39,239 nt of DNA from positions 90,081 through 129,319 of IMG/VR virus record IMGVR_UViG_3300002925_000022. The stretch is one strand, 5' to 3'. The position numbers were made by a program, and so were the translations under genes. Shown here piece after piece: positions 1 through 7,801 of this stretch. The stretch comes from a virus. The notes beneath the pieces are model-generated. The model did no database searches. It was not told the DNA's origin and was given only the letters and a program-made list of their open reading frames with translations. Every line of letters begins with the position of its first letter. Within the stretch, counting starts at the first letter, position 1.

Positions 1-933
1 GGGATGCCTGACCTGGGTTCTGAACGGAAAAGCACCCAGTTCAAGCCCTGCGATTGGCTGATCGACGCCACGGAGCGTCCGGTTGTCCTTTTCTTGGATG
101 AGCGCAATCGAGCTCTGGAGGGCGTCAAGCAGGCTGTCTTCCAACTTATGGACAGCCGTGCATTCTACGGTTACAAGCTGCACCCGGAGACTCGGGTGAT
201 CGTTGCCGAGAATGTCGGCGACCTGTACAACGTACAACAGTGTGACCCTGCTGAGGTGTCAAGAGCAGCGACAGTCGAACTGAAGCCTTCTGTGGAAGAG
301 TGGCTCGAATATGCTTCTCTCCCAGGTAAGTGCCACCCGATGACTGTGGATTTCATCCGTCAGAACCGGGAGCACCTTGAGTTTGACCCTGAGGCGCAAA
401 GCAATTCCAAGAAGGTGTACGAGAACAACAAGAAGTACCCCGATCGGCGAGCTTGGTTCAAATTGGACCAGCAGCTCCAGCGAACCAACCTCATCGATAA
501 TCCAACGGATCCTCTCTTCTATGTGATGGTGGCCTCAATGGTTGGCATCGAGGCCGCGATTAAGTTCACGGATTTCGCCAAGAACTACGATCGTCAGATC
601 TCCATCAAGGAGATCCTCTCGGATTGGCCGAAGGCAAAGGCCCGTCTCGGGTCGTCGGCAACAACTCCCAAATACATGGAGATTGCCGACAAGCTCAAGT
701 CCTTCTTCAAGTCGGAGGTTCTCACCGATGCCCAGGCGAAGCAGCTTGGCCTGTTCATGGAAGACATCCCGGCCGAACCACGGATGGTCATCTGGGGTGC
801 CCTCCAAGTGAACAGCAAAAATCTGTTCAAGGCCCACAAATACATTGAGGATCTGATGGTTCGTACGGCCACGGGCGAGAGCGCCAACGGTTCTCAAATC
901 CCTTCCGTCCCAGCTTCCAAAGGCAAGAAGTGA
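1..933 (+). CDS. AAA+ ATPase (MoxR/AAA_5-like), 5'-truncated by window edge
   Basis: Walker B VVLFLDERNRA, AVFQLMD, VIVAENVG and the PDRRAW sensor-2-like motif. The frame is open from base 1 (GMPD), so Walker A lies upstream. Confidence 0.8.
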   Translation, partial: GMPDLGSERKSTQFKPCDWLIDATERPVVLFLDERNRALEGVKQAVFQLMDSRAFYGYKLHPETRVIVAENVGDLYNVQQCDPAEVSRAATVELKPSVEEWLEYASLPGKCHPMTVDFIRQNREHLEFDPEAQSNSKKVYENNKKYPDRRAWFKLDQQLQRTNLIDNPTDPLFYVMVASMVGIEAAIKFTDFAKNYDRQISIKEILSDWPKAKARLGSSATTPKYMEIADKLKSFFKSEVLTDAQAKQLGLFMEDIPAEPRMVIWGALQVNSKNLFKAHKYIEDLMVRTATGESANGSQIPSVPASKGKK

Positions 934-1122
934 TTCCTAAGTTCAAAGGGGTGTAAATTCCCCCTTTGAATCCAAAGGGGGGATAGATAAAGAAAAGTTT
1001 GTTTTTTGCTACAAAAGCAACAATCGCTTGTATTCTGTCTTAAGAAGACATTGAAAGGGTTTTCCACCCCAAACTGATGGTTGTGAACTTCAACCCGACT
1101 GGTCCCCGTAAGGGACCATTTT

Positions 1123-1197
1123 GTTGACGTAGCAAAACGGTATTGCACCGCTCTCGTAAGGCGGATGGTGGAGGTTCGAATCCTCTCGTCAGTTCCA
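1123..1197 (+). tRNA. tRNA-Thr(CGT)
   Basis: Cloverleaf: GTTGACG/CGTCAGT acceptor, CCGCT-CTCGTAA-GGCGG anticodon arm, GGTTCGAATCC T-arm, encoded CCA. Confidence 0.88.
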
Positions 1198-1265
1198 AGC
1201 AACAAAGAAACTTCTGTAGTCCTTTGATGTTCTTTGGCAATCCGTTTTGTTCCTTAGAAATTATC

Positions 1266-1338
1266 GCGGGTATGGTGTTTAATGGTAGCATATCTGGCTT
1301 CCAACCAGAAGGTGAGGGTTCGAGTCCCTCTACCCGCT
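1266..1338 (+). tRNA. tRNA-Gly(TCC)
   Basis: GCGGGTA/TACCCGC acceptor, TCTGG-CTTCCAA-CCAGA anticodon arm, GGTTCGAGTCC T-arm, T discriminator. Confidence 0.93.
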
Positions 1339-1515
1339 TCTAAAGCGCTAGGAACCTTCTAAGCGGCCGACTAAGAATGGGACGACCCTGAACCCATTGA
1401 GCTCAATTGCCGCCCTTCTAGGGCCTTAAGGAGTGTTCTAGGGCTATTCTTCGCAAAGGGCTACAGTGGGTTGATGTTGAGTCGGATAGAGATAAGAGGG
1501 TAGAGAAGATAAATG

Positions 1516-1544
1516 TTGAATTGACCCTTGGGGTGTGTTAGGAT
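1516..1544 (+). promoter_or_regulatory. sigma70-like promoter TTGAAT-N17-TAGGAT
   Basis: -35/-10-like hexamers with TG extension, 9 nt upstream of the ATG at 1554. Confidence 0.45.
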
Positions 1545-1553
1545 CCTAACAAG

Positions 1554-1673
1554 ATGTCAAAGAAAACAAAGAAGCAAGCTATCCAGGAAGACCCTAACGT
1601 TTTCTGGATGATTCGAAAAAAGGCACGGAACTATACTCTTGTGGCGGTACTGGTCTCTATTATCCTTGGGTAA
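1554..1673 (+). CDS. small putative membrane protein (39 aa, MSKKTKKQAIQEDPNVFW...LVAVLVSIILG)
   Basis: Manual translation; basic N-terminus and hydrophobic C-terminus; upstream promoter. Confidence 0.45.
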   Translation: MSKKTKKQAIQEDPNVFWMIRKKARNYTLVAVLVSIILG

Positions 1674-1674
1674 A

Positions 1675-1895
1675 GCGAGGGGGGAAAATCTGGCGTTCGG
1701 AATCCAAACTCCTAGCTCATTTCTGTTTTGTTGAACAAAGCAGAAAATGGCGGACTGAGAACGGCAGGCCAGTTCAGGAACACCCCTAGGAGGATGCGGA
1801 AGTGGTCTTAGGATGGTGGAGGAAGCTGTTGTTCCAGCGCTCGGTTATGGCGAATAGCCACCAAGACAACATAATTTCCTTTGAAAGAGGAGGAG
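1675..1895 (+). ncRNA. candidate structured non-coding RNA
   Basis: No long ORF. Nested stems: CTCCTAG/CTAGGAG, CATTTCTGTTTTG/CAAAGCAGAAAATG, GTCTT/AAGAC, GGTTAT/ATAGCC. Confidence 0.3.
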
Positions 1896-1983
1896 AAAAC
1901 TTGTGGTATTCAAGCCCTGTATCGAAAGTTTCGAACTATAATCGAACTTGACATACCTGTTTGCAGGTGCAATAAGTCTAAAT

Positions 1984-2057
1984 GGACCTATAGCTCAACT
2001 GGTTAGAGCACCCGGCTTATAACCGGGAGGTTCCGGGTTCGAACCCCGGTGGGTCTA
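1984..2057 (+). tRNA. tRNA-Ile(TAT)
   Basis: GGACCTA/TGGGTCT acceptor, TAGCTCAACTGGTTAGAGC D-arm, CCCGG-CTTATAA-CCGGG anticodon arm, GGTTCGAACCC T-arm. Confidence 0.92.
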
Positions 2058-2107
2058 CTATATGCCTTGTTGAGGTGATGGTAGTATTATATGCAACCAT
2101 ACCTTCT

Positions 2108-2181
2108 CTCTCCGTAGTCTAACTGGATAAGGCATCTGTCTTCTAAACAGAAAAATGGGAGTTCGAGTCTCCCCGGAGAGG
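2108..2181 (+). tRNA. tRNA-Arg(TCT)
   Basis: CTCTCCG/CGGAGAG acceptor, TCTGT-CTTCTAA-ACAGA anticodon arm, GGATAA D-loop (Arg A20), GTTCGAGT T-loop. Confidence 0.9.
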
Positions 2182-2279
2182 CTAGCGAACCAAGATATGC
2201 CAGGGTAAAAGGATGTCAGTTCTCATTTTTTCAGGACGAAGAAGGCCATAGATATACCTATGGCCAGCGGTAGAAAACA

Positions 2280-2642
2280 ATGGGAAATTCCTGGGGGATA
2301 ACAAAGCATGAACTGACTGAATTGATCGGGAAGAAGATCAAAAGGATTTACTTGCAAGAATTGGATATTAACGGGGATGGGAGGAACATCCGTCAATTTT
2401 ATCGGATTATTTGTTCCGATGCTCAACAGTTTATCCTGGCTTGCGATGGTGGCAATGAGGAAAAACAGTATGCCACAGTAACCCTGATGGACCGTGATGA
2501 TTTTGAAGCTTTCCTGGAAGAAATTCAGCTTAGGAACTCTGAGTCATCCGATTATGATTTGGAATATGATGATAGTCCTTACAACGAAGACGAGGAAGAT
2601 GAAACCCTTCTTAAAGAAGGCGACGAAGACGAGGACATGTGA
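2280..2642 (+). CDS. hypothetical protein with acidic C-terminal tail
   Basis: 120-aa ORF with protein-like composition and a D/E-rich tail. Confidence 0.65.
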   Translation: MGNSWGITKHELTELIGKKIKRIYLQELDINGDGRNIRQFYRIICSDAQQFILACDGGNEEKQYATVTLMDRDDFEAFLEEIQLRNSESSDYDLEYDDSPYNEDEEDETLLKEGDEDEDM

Positions 2643-2695
2643 ATAAGACTTTCGCAGGTATGGTCTATGAATAAGACTTTCGCAGGTATGGTCTA
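2640..2695 (+). repeat. perfect 28-bp tandem duplication TGAATAAGACTTTCGCAGGTATGGTCTA
   Basis: Copies at 2640-2667 and 2668-2695; the unit includes the 5' end of the following tRNA. Confidence 0.9.
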
Positions 2696-2752
2696 AGGGT
2701 ATGATGCCTCCCGTCCAGGGAGGCGGTGAGAGTTCGAGTCCTTCTATCCACT
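2682..2752 (+). pseudogene. degenerate tRNA-Gly(TCC)
   Basis: CCTCC-CGTCCAG-GGAGG anticodon arm (G instead of U33) and GTTCGAGT T-loop, but two mismatches in the acceptor stem. Confidence 0.6.
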
Positions 2753-2816
2753 CTATGTCGCCCCAGCGGGCCTAAAAGAATGTTTTGGATCGAAGCAAGT
2801 TTCTGGAACTCTGTGG

Positions 2817-2844
2817 TTGACATCCCCAAAAGCTGAATTAGATT
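2817..2844 (+). promoter_or_regulatory. sigma70-like promoter TTGACA-N16-TAGATT
   Basis: Perfect -35 and a TAnnnT -10, directly upstream of the structured non-coding region. Confidence 0.55.
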
Positions 2845-2850
2845 CAAGAG

Positions 2851-3172
2851 CGTCGAAAGGAGATAGCCTCCAAGAAACCTCGGATTCAATGTTTCTTTCT
2901 CGCCGCAGTCAAAGGGTGCTGCGGGTAAAGAGTGAATAACCTCCACGATTGATGATGTTCCCGGATTCTAGGCTTTCCCCGTAAAGATCGGCCGGGAGAT
3001 GGAGTTGGAGTGATGCCAGTAGGCTGAAATCGGTTCCAGGCGCCCGTAGAGGTAAATCTACGGTCCTAAAGAAAGCCTGGGTGATCCATCCGATGGACGA
3101 TGGCTAGAACGCTCCAGCGAAAGGCCACCGAAAGGCGCATGGCCCAAGCTGTGGATATGCTGCACAGCGCCT
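2851..3172 (+). ncRNA. candidate large structured ncRNA (unassigned family)
   Basis: Own promoter, no + strand ORF, and many helices (CCGCAG/CTGCGG, TCCCGG/CCGGGA, CTAGGCTTTC/GAAAGCCTGG, CCGTAGA/TCTACGG, GGCCA/TGGCC with CC-GAAA-GG, GCTGTG/CACAGC). It abuts tRNA-Val. Confidence 0.5.
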
Positions 3173-3246
3173 AGCCTCTTCGTTCTCTGGTGGAGAACAC
3201 TTGCATTACAAGCAAGCAAAGGCGAGTTCGATTCTCGCAGAGGCTA
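3173..3246 (+). tRNA. tRNA-Val(TAC)
   Basis: AGCCTCT/AGAGGCT acceptor, GTTC/GAAC D-stem, CTTGC-ATTACAA-GCAAG anticodon arm, GCGAG-TTCGATT-CTCGC T-arm. Confidence 0.8.
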
Positions 3247-3266
3247 CTGACAACCTTAGGGGTGTA

Positions 3267-3301
3267 GGAATCTCCAGCCTTCAGGCTGGAGAGGACGTCA
3301 A
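3267..3301 (+). mobile_element. orphan IS200/IS605-family right end (hairpin + TCAA)
   Basis: GGAATCTCCAGCCTTCAGGCTGGAGAGGACGTCAA follows the GAAT-hairpin-TCAA right-end pattern of IS605/IS1341 elements; no tnpA/tnpB nearby. Confidence 0.65.
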
Positions 3302-3336
3302 AATAAAAGAGATTGGTTGCATACGTAAATGCATAA

Positions 3337-3685
3337 GGGCCATACATGGTTTCGACACGGAAAGAGAGGAAACGGTAGCGTGACGGCAGAAGTTCTGCAC
3401 TGCCTTAAAGAAGCGGGACAACATAAACGGCGATAATGCCTTCCAGATGGCAGCTTAGTCTACCATCCATCCTCCGGCGGTTCTGTTCGGACCAAAGGGC
3501 AGGATGAAACAATCGGACAAGGTTACATGAGGTGCTCGTGGTAGTGTAACCAAGATACTACGAGAACCTCCGAGGGAAGCAGACCTGCAAGCGTCCCAAA
3601 GGAGTAGAAATAGCAGGGAAGGTCACGTAGGAAGCTGTTTCTAATTGATTCGTGGACCCGGGTTCGACTCCCGGATGGTCCACCA
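3337..3685 (+). ncRNA. ssrA: tmRNA
   Basis: 5' GGGCCAT-ACATGGTTTCGAC; 3' GACCCGGGTTCGACTCCCGGATGGTCCACCA; G3-U70 Ala determinant; tag ORF ATAAAC-GGC GAT AAT GCC TTC CAG ATG GCA GCT TAG = GDNAFQMAA* (3429-3458). Confidence 0.96.
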
Positions 3686-3749
3686 TCACTAAAACTGTCT
3701 AATCGTTTGAACCGTAGCCAAGAAATTGCAACTAGATCAAGATTACAAG

Positions 3750-4031
3750 ATGGATCTCAAAGATATCAAGAATCACTGGAACGGCATCAAGAAGGGTGAT
3801 GCTGTTAGACTGATACGAGACGTCTACCAACGTCTCGATGGTAGCCCGTATGGCGGTATCTACTACGAACCTCCGGGGCATATGATCGCCAAAAGGGGGA
3901 CGATTGGCAAGTTCTCGGCCAAGACCCCACGAGGGGTTCTTGTCTACTTTGACAATGGCGTGGGTTCTGTTCTTGGTTTAGTCCTCGACGAGTTTGCCAT
4001 TGAGAAACACAACGATTTCATGCCAGGCTGA
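3750..4031 (+). CDS. hypothetical protein (possible SH3/KOW-like beta-barrel)
   Basis: ORF 3726-4031, likely ATG at 3750; IKKGDAVRL...KRGTIGKF...VLVYFDNG pattern. Confidence 0.6.
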   Translation: MDLKDIKNHWNGIKKGDAVRLIRDVYQRLDGSPYGGIYYEPPGHMIAKRGTIGKFSAKTPRGVLVYFDNGVGSVLGLVLDEFAIEKHNDFMPG

Positions 4032-4237
4032 AAGAAGTCTTTTAGCCATAATTCTTTAGGTTCGTAAATCCCTACAGAAGGCTCTGGAAGCCTGAAAGAA
4101 CCTAGATAAATAGAAAGGTCTATGGATTCCCTTACGGAACAGTCTAAGAGGGGCGAACAACGGATTGTCGAAGGGGTTTTACTCTTGACCCGCATCGCAT
4201 CAAATACCGCCGTTGAAGCGGGGAACATGTCAAATAT

Positions 4238-4311
4238 GAGCCTGTAGTATAAAGGGATTACGCCTGGGTTGCACCCGGGGAATACGAGTTCAATTCTTGT
4301 CAAGTCCACCA
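4238..4311 (+). tRNA. tRNA-Ala(TGC), degenerate acceptor stem
   Basis: CCTGG-GTTGCAC-CCGGG anticodon arm, G3-U70, GTTCAATT T-loop, encoded ACCA; two acceptor mismatches. Confidence 0.65.
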
Positions 4312-4392
4312 AGTATGTTCCTTCCTCTTCCTCTTCAAAGCCTACTCAATATTCGCTTAGGGTGAGGACTTTCGTGTTTTCCTAGAACTTCC

Positions 4393-4432
4393 AGCCGGTT
4401 TCAATACTGAAGAGAACCGGCTACATTTTTTT
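4393..4432 (+). terminator. Rho-independent terminator candidate
   Basis: AGCCGGTT...AACCGGCT stem followed by a T7 run. Confidence 0.5.
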
Positions 4433-4538
4433 GAAGGCTTAAGTCGAAATGGGGTTGCGTTGATCGCATGGGCGGGTTAAATGCCTAAGCAGTGAACACG
4501 GCCCTTGTGGCCAAACAAGAAAACGAAAGGAGGTTTCA

Positions 4539-5069
4539 ATGAGGAAGGACATGTTCAAGGTTATCGTCGAACGACCACGCAAGAAGGGATACGGAACCAA
4601 GAAGGGTCGTTACGATGAGGACGAACCCTGCAATTGGGAGAAGATCCGACCGGTTGGTCGGAAAGCCGACCGTAAGGTGAAGAGTGAGAATTTGAATCCT
4701 CTCTGGCGGTTCCTCCGATCTCGTGTCGGTCAAAGCTGGGATAAGGTATACTCGGAGATCCGGGCAAACCTTTCTTCGCACAGCACCTTACATATAGATG
4801 TTGTAAAACACCTCAAGTGGGGTGTTTGCACGAACACCTACATCGGCCCAGATGGGCATGTGTACGGGTATGACGTGTATGGTGGGTTTCCCAGAAACCT
4901 GGTGGTGGGAAATTCACGGTACAACAGAAAAATCGAATTCTACGTCCACCCTGTAACTCGGCAGCTGTGCGCGAGGGTGCGCAAGCCCAAGAAGAAGGCG
5001 GCGGCTGCTAAAGAGAATAATGCCAGCGTCAATTTTGACGTTTTTGTTTCGAGTTTGCCCCTTGCATAG
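4539..5069 (+). CDS. conserved hypothetical basic protein
   Basis: Strong RBS AAGGAGGT; MRKDMFKVIVERPR...NLNPLWRFLRSRVGQSWDKVYSEI...FYVHP motif set. Confidence 0.75.
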   Translation: MRKDMFKVIVERPRKKGYGTKKGRYDEDEPCNWEKIRPVGRKADRKVKSENLNPLWRFLRSRVGQSWDKVYSEIRANLSSHSTLHIDVVKHLKWGVCTNTYIGPDGHVYGYDVYGGFPRNLVVGNSRYNRKIEFYVHPVTRQLCARVRKPKKKAAAAKENNASVNFDVFVSSLPLA

Positions 5070-5128
5070 CATAGTAGGAGGTGAGAACAAAGGTATACTT
5101 AGAAAACAACCACCAGAACTACAAAATT

Positions 5129-5201
5129 GCCCTTGTAGCCCAACGGCAGAGGCGGCCGTCTCAAAAGCGGCAAAGTGTCGGTTCGAGTCCGACCGGGGGC
5201 A
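5129..5201 (+). tRNA. tRNA-Leu(CAA) with short variable loop
   Basis: GCCCTTG/CGGGGGC acceptor, GCCGT-CTCAAAA-GCGGC anticodon arm, 5-nt variable loop, GTCGG-TTCGAGT-CCGAC T-arm, A discriminator. Confidence 0.85.
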
Positions 5202-5254
5202 CCCTAGCGGCATTATAAATGATTAAGCATACTTACACTCCAGTGGAGTCCGAA

Positions 5255-5737
5255 ATGCGGGTAACGAAGGAACAACTGGAGAGGATGATTTTGGAAACTG
5301 TCAGAGATGAAGTTGCTCAACTTAATGAAGAGGAACTTCAAGAGCTACTTGGCGGTCTGAAGAACGTGTTTGGAACTGCCGGGCAAGGCCTTGCCAAGGG
5401 GGCTCAAGCGGCCATTGGCGCCGTTCAGAAGGCAGGGCAAGCTGTTAGTGGAACTGCACAGAAGGCAGGGCAAGCTGTCAGAGGAGTTGCTCAGGGTGCC
5501 GTTGGCGCTATAAAAACAGCCTACCAAGCGGGAGAAAAGAAGGAGGCTATCCAGAACGTGAAGAAGAGCATTGAAGCCGTCGTAAAGACGGTGGATCAGG
5601 CTCTTCAGAAGGTGGCTGGCGATCAAAACGCACAGCACGACCTAGAAAACGTCAAGGCAGCCGCTTCACAGATAGCTACCGCCCTGGCTGAGTCAAAGAG
5701 GGGCAAGAATGTACGTGTCCTTCGTCGGAAACAATGA
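5255..5737 (+). CDS. putative virion internal protein with 11-aa amphipathic repeats
   Basis: TACTTA at 5230; N-terminal MRVTKEQLERMILE...LNEEELQE; QKAGQAV repeats at 33-bp period. Confidence 0.7.
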   Translation: MRVTKEQLERMILETVRDEVAQLNEEELQELLGGLKNVFGTAGQGLAKGAQAAIGAVQKAGQAVSGTAQKAGQAVRGVAQGAVGAIKTAYQAGEKKEAIQNVKKSIEAVVKTVDQALQKVAGDQNAQHDLENVKAAASQIATALAESKRGKNVRVLRRKQ

Positions 5738-5830
5738 TAATGTACTAAGCATTTGTTGTGGCGTAGCTTCTGGCCCGCCTATAATAAGCTATTTTGATAT
5801 TTCTAAGAGAACAAGAGAAGTTCATGACCG

Positions 5831-6031
5831 ATGCGGGGAGACGTAAAGAAGTTCAAGGTTTACGTGAAAGACCCCAAAACAGGAAATGTCAGGAAAGTAA
5901 ACTTCGGTGACCCCAACATGCGGATCAGGAAGGCCGACCCTAAAAGAAGAAAGAACATTCGAGCCCGTCACAATTGTGACAATCCAGGCCCGAAGACAAA
6001 CGCAAGGTACTGGAACTGCCGCAAGTGGTAG
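5831..6031 (+). CDS. small basic conserved large-phage protein (FGDPNM...RARHNC...ARYW motif)
   Basis: KKFKVYVKDP...VNFGDPNMRI...RARHNCD...ARYWNCRKW pattern, recognisable from large DNA viruses. Confidence 0.7.
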   Translation: MRGDVKKFKVYVKDPKTGNVRKVNFGDPNMRIRKADPKRRKNIRARHNCDNPGPKTNARYWNCRKW

Positions 6032-6065
6032 GACTTACACTCCTGGGTGGTTTTTGACGAGGCAT

Positions 6066-6854
6066 CTAGGAGGTTCTATAAGGCCAAGGAAGGGCTTCAA
6101 GGAGCTTGAGTGAGGGTTTGCCTGTCTCGGCCAACTCGTGACCTTTCTCGGCCTTCCTGCAAGCCGCTGAGCTCTTTGGGCCCCAAAGGCCATCAGCGTT
6201 GACACCAAGAGCCTTTTGACATAGGAAAACCAAAGCAACCTCTGTTATCTGGCGGTGAGTGCTTACTGAAGCATCCGGGGCCTTTTGTGTGTTGGCACCC
6301 TTGTAGCCAGCAAGGCAGAGTTCTCTGAACCAATCACTTTTCCCAGCCCAAAATGCCTCTCCCGTCTTCCTATACCTGCTCGCAGTTGTAGACCCAGGTT
6401 TTGGCACAAATTTTGAAAGCCACTCGGCAAAGAAGGCTTCCATTGATTCAAAGCCTCGGTAGTAACACCAAGGAGGGTCACCACCTTTGAAATCCTTCAA
6501 GGTTGCTCCAGGGGCTTTGTTGCCAGGGGCTCTCCACCAAAGGATTTTCTGCCCCTTGGCTTTAAGCGCCTTGGCATCGGCCTTGTGGATTTTCCAACCG
6601 CCAAGATTCCAAGCTCGGAAGAATTTGCCCCATCCAGTTTCGACAACAGCATTTCCAAGGATTTCGAGGGCTTGCCATGGTGACAAGCCAAGGCTGCGAA
6701 GGCCAGTGTAGCAAGCGATCACAAAGGCCGATTTCAGTTCCGGGAGGAGCATGGTTTTCCAGCATATTGGCTTACTGTCTGTAGCTTCAGTTACCTCGTT
6801 GGCCGGGTCTAGCCAAGGTGGGATAGGTTCTGGCGGTTCGTTCCATTTTGCCAT
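6066..6854 (-). CDS. putative endolysin: GH73/glucosaminidase-like domain + C-terminal PG-binding domain
   Basis: VETGWG...WNLGGWK catalytic-Glu motif, YRGFES and AGY motifs; C-terminal QKALGVNADGLWGPKS...ETG is PG_binding_1-like. Confidence 0.7.
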   Translation of the reverse strand: MAKWNEPPEPIPPWLDPANEVTEATDSKPICWKTMLLPELKSAFVIACYTGLRSLGLSPWQALEILGNAVVETGWGKFFRAWNLGGWKIHKADAKALKAKGQKILWWRAPGNKAPGATLKDFKGGDPPWCYYRGFESMEAFFAEWLSKFVPKPGSTTASRYRKTGEAFWAGKSDWFRELCLAGYKGANTQKAPDASVSTHRQITEVALVFLCQKALGVNADGLWGPKSSAACRKAEKGHELAETGKPSLKLLEALPWPYRTS

Positions 6855-7008
6855 GATTTCTTAGGTAGTTAGAACCCACCCGTTGAAGATCGAGTATCTG
6901 TACTAAAGGACGAGTTCAGCACCTTTTCTTCCAGAATACAAAATCAAATAAACTCCCTTGCGGATAAACAAACCGTGGCTAGGTTGTTCTTCGGAAAGGG
7001 AAACGGCA

Positions 7009-7374
7009 ATGAACAACAACAACACCTTCAGGACGGCCCTTGGTCTCAGCGGTTACTTCACGGCAGAGGACGTTGGAATGGCAGTGTTGTCCGATGCCCG
7101 CGCAGCCCTGCTTGGACTTGTCGAGGTCTACAAGCGCCAGACCGCCGATGAGCGTGCCCGAAAGGGCACCAGCCACAAGAACCGATTTGGCTTCTCGAAG
7201 CGGGAGGTCACAGCGGGCACGGCCCTTGCAACGAAGTTCATCAACGGTGAGGATTTGACGGTCGAAGAAATTGAAATGGCGTGCAAAATTGCCCACAGGT
7301 ACCGAAACCAGCTCTGGATGATCGCCCTCGGGGCGGTCCCTGAGAACAACCTCAACCTCCGATTCGTGGGATGA
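7009..7374 (+). CDS. hypothetical protein, paralogue of 8186-8521
   Basis: RBS GAAAGGGA; YKRQTADE...TSHKNRFGFS motif shared with the paralogue. Confidence 0.75.
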   Translation: MNNNNTFRTALGLSGYFTAEDVGMAVLSDARAALLGLVEVYKRQTADERARKGTSHKNRFGFSKREVTAGTALATKFINGEDLTVEEIEMACKIAHRYRNQLWMIALGAVPENNLNLRFVG

Positions 7375-7495
7375 TAAATTAGGGGGGCAAATGAACTTTG
7401 CCCTCAACACGATGGAACCCCTTGCGTGGAACTCTGAGCGAAATTAGAATGTTCCATGCAATGAAGCTGGTTTCCTGGAAGGAAGGCTAGAGTGA

Positions 7496-7801
7496 ATGTC
7501 CAAGAAAGGATATTTGACCCCGGAAGGGGTTGAGGACTACATCCAGAAATTCAAAAGGGATGCTACTCGAACTCTTCGAGAACTCGGTCTTCCACTGGAA
7601 GAAGAAAAGAGAAAGCTAGAAGTTCTGGAAACCAACGTAGATCGGCTTAAGAAGTTATTACTAGTTCAAATTCCCCTCAATCCACCTTTGGACCAGGTGG
7701 AAGTAGAGGAAAACGACGACTCCTATGAACCTGAATTTTCTCTTTTCCCCGTCCAAAGCCCCAAGGAGGATGGACGTGGTGAAGAAGCAAAAGGAACTTG
7801 A
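7496..7801 (+). CDS. hypothetical protein
   Basis: 101-aa ORF with RBS-like GGAAGG; coiled-coil-like composition. Confidence 0.55.
   Translation: MSKKGYLTPEGVEDYIQKFKRDATRTLRELGLPLEEEKRKLEVLETNVDRLKKLLLVQIPLNPPLDQVEVEENDDSYEPEFSLFPVQSPKEDGRGEEAKGT

Noticed and set aside
894-1343. ORFs overlapping tRNAs (also 3201-3383, 3944-4312, 4914-5226)
   Set aside because: Spurious frames across tRNA/tmRNA genes.
1675-1895. RNase P RNA (GGGGAAAATCTGG resembles GAGGAAAGTCCGG)
   Set aside because: No complementary 3' ACAGAA-CCGGCTTA P4 strand was found.
2640-2695. CRISPR mini-array
   Set aside because: Two abutting copies with no spacer; no cas genes.
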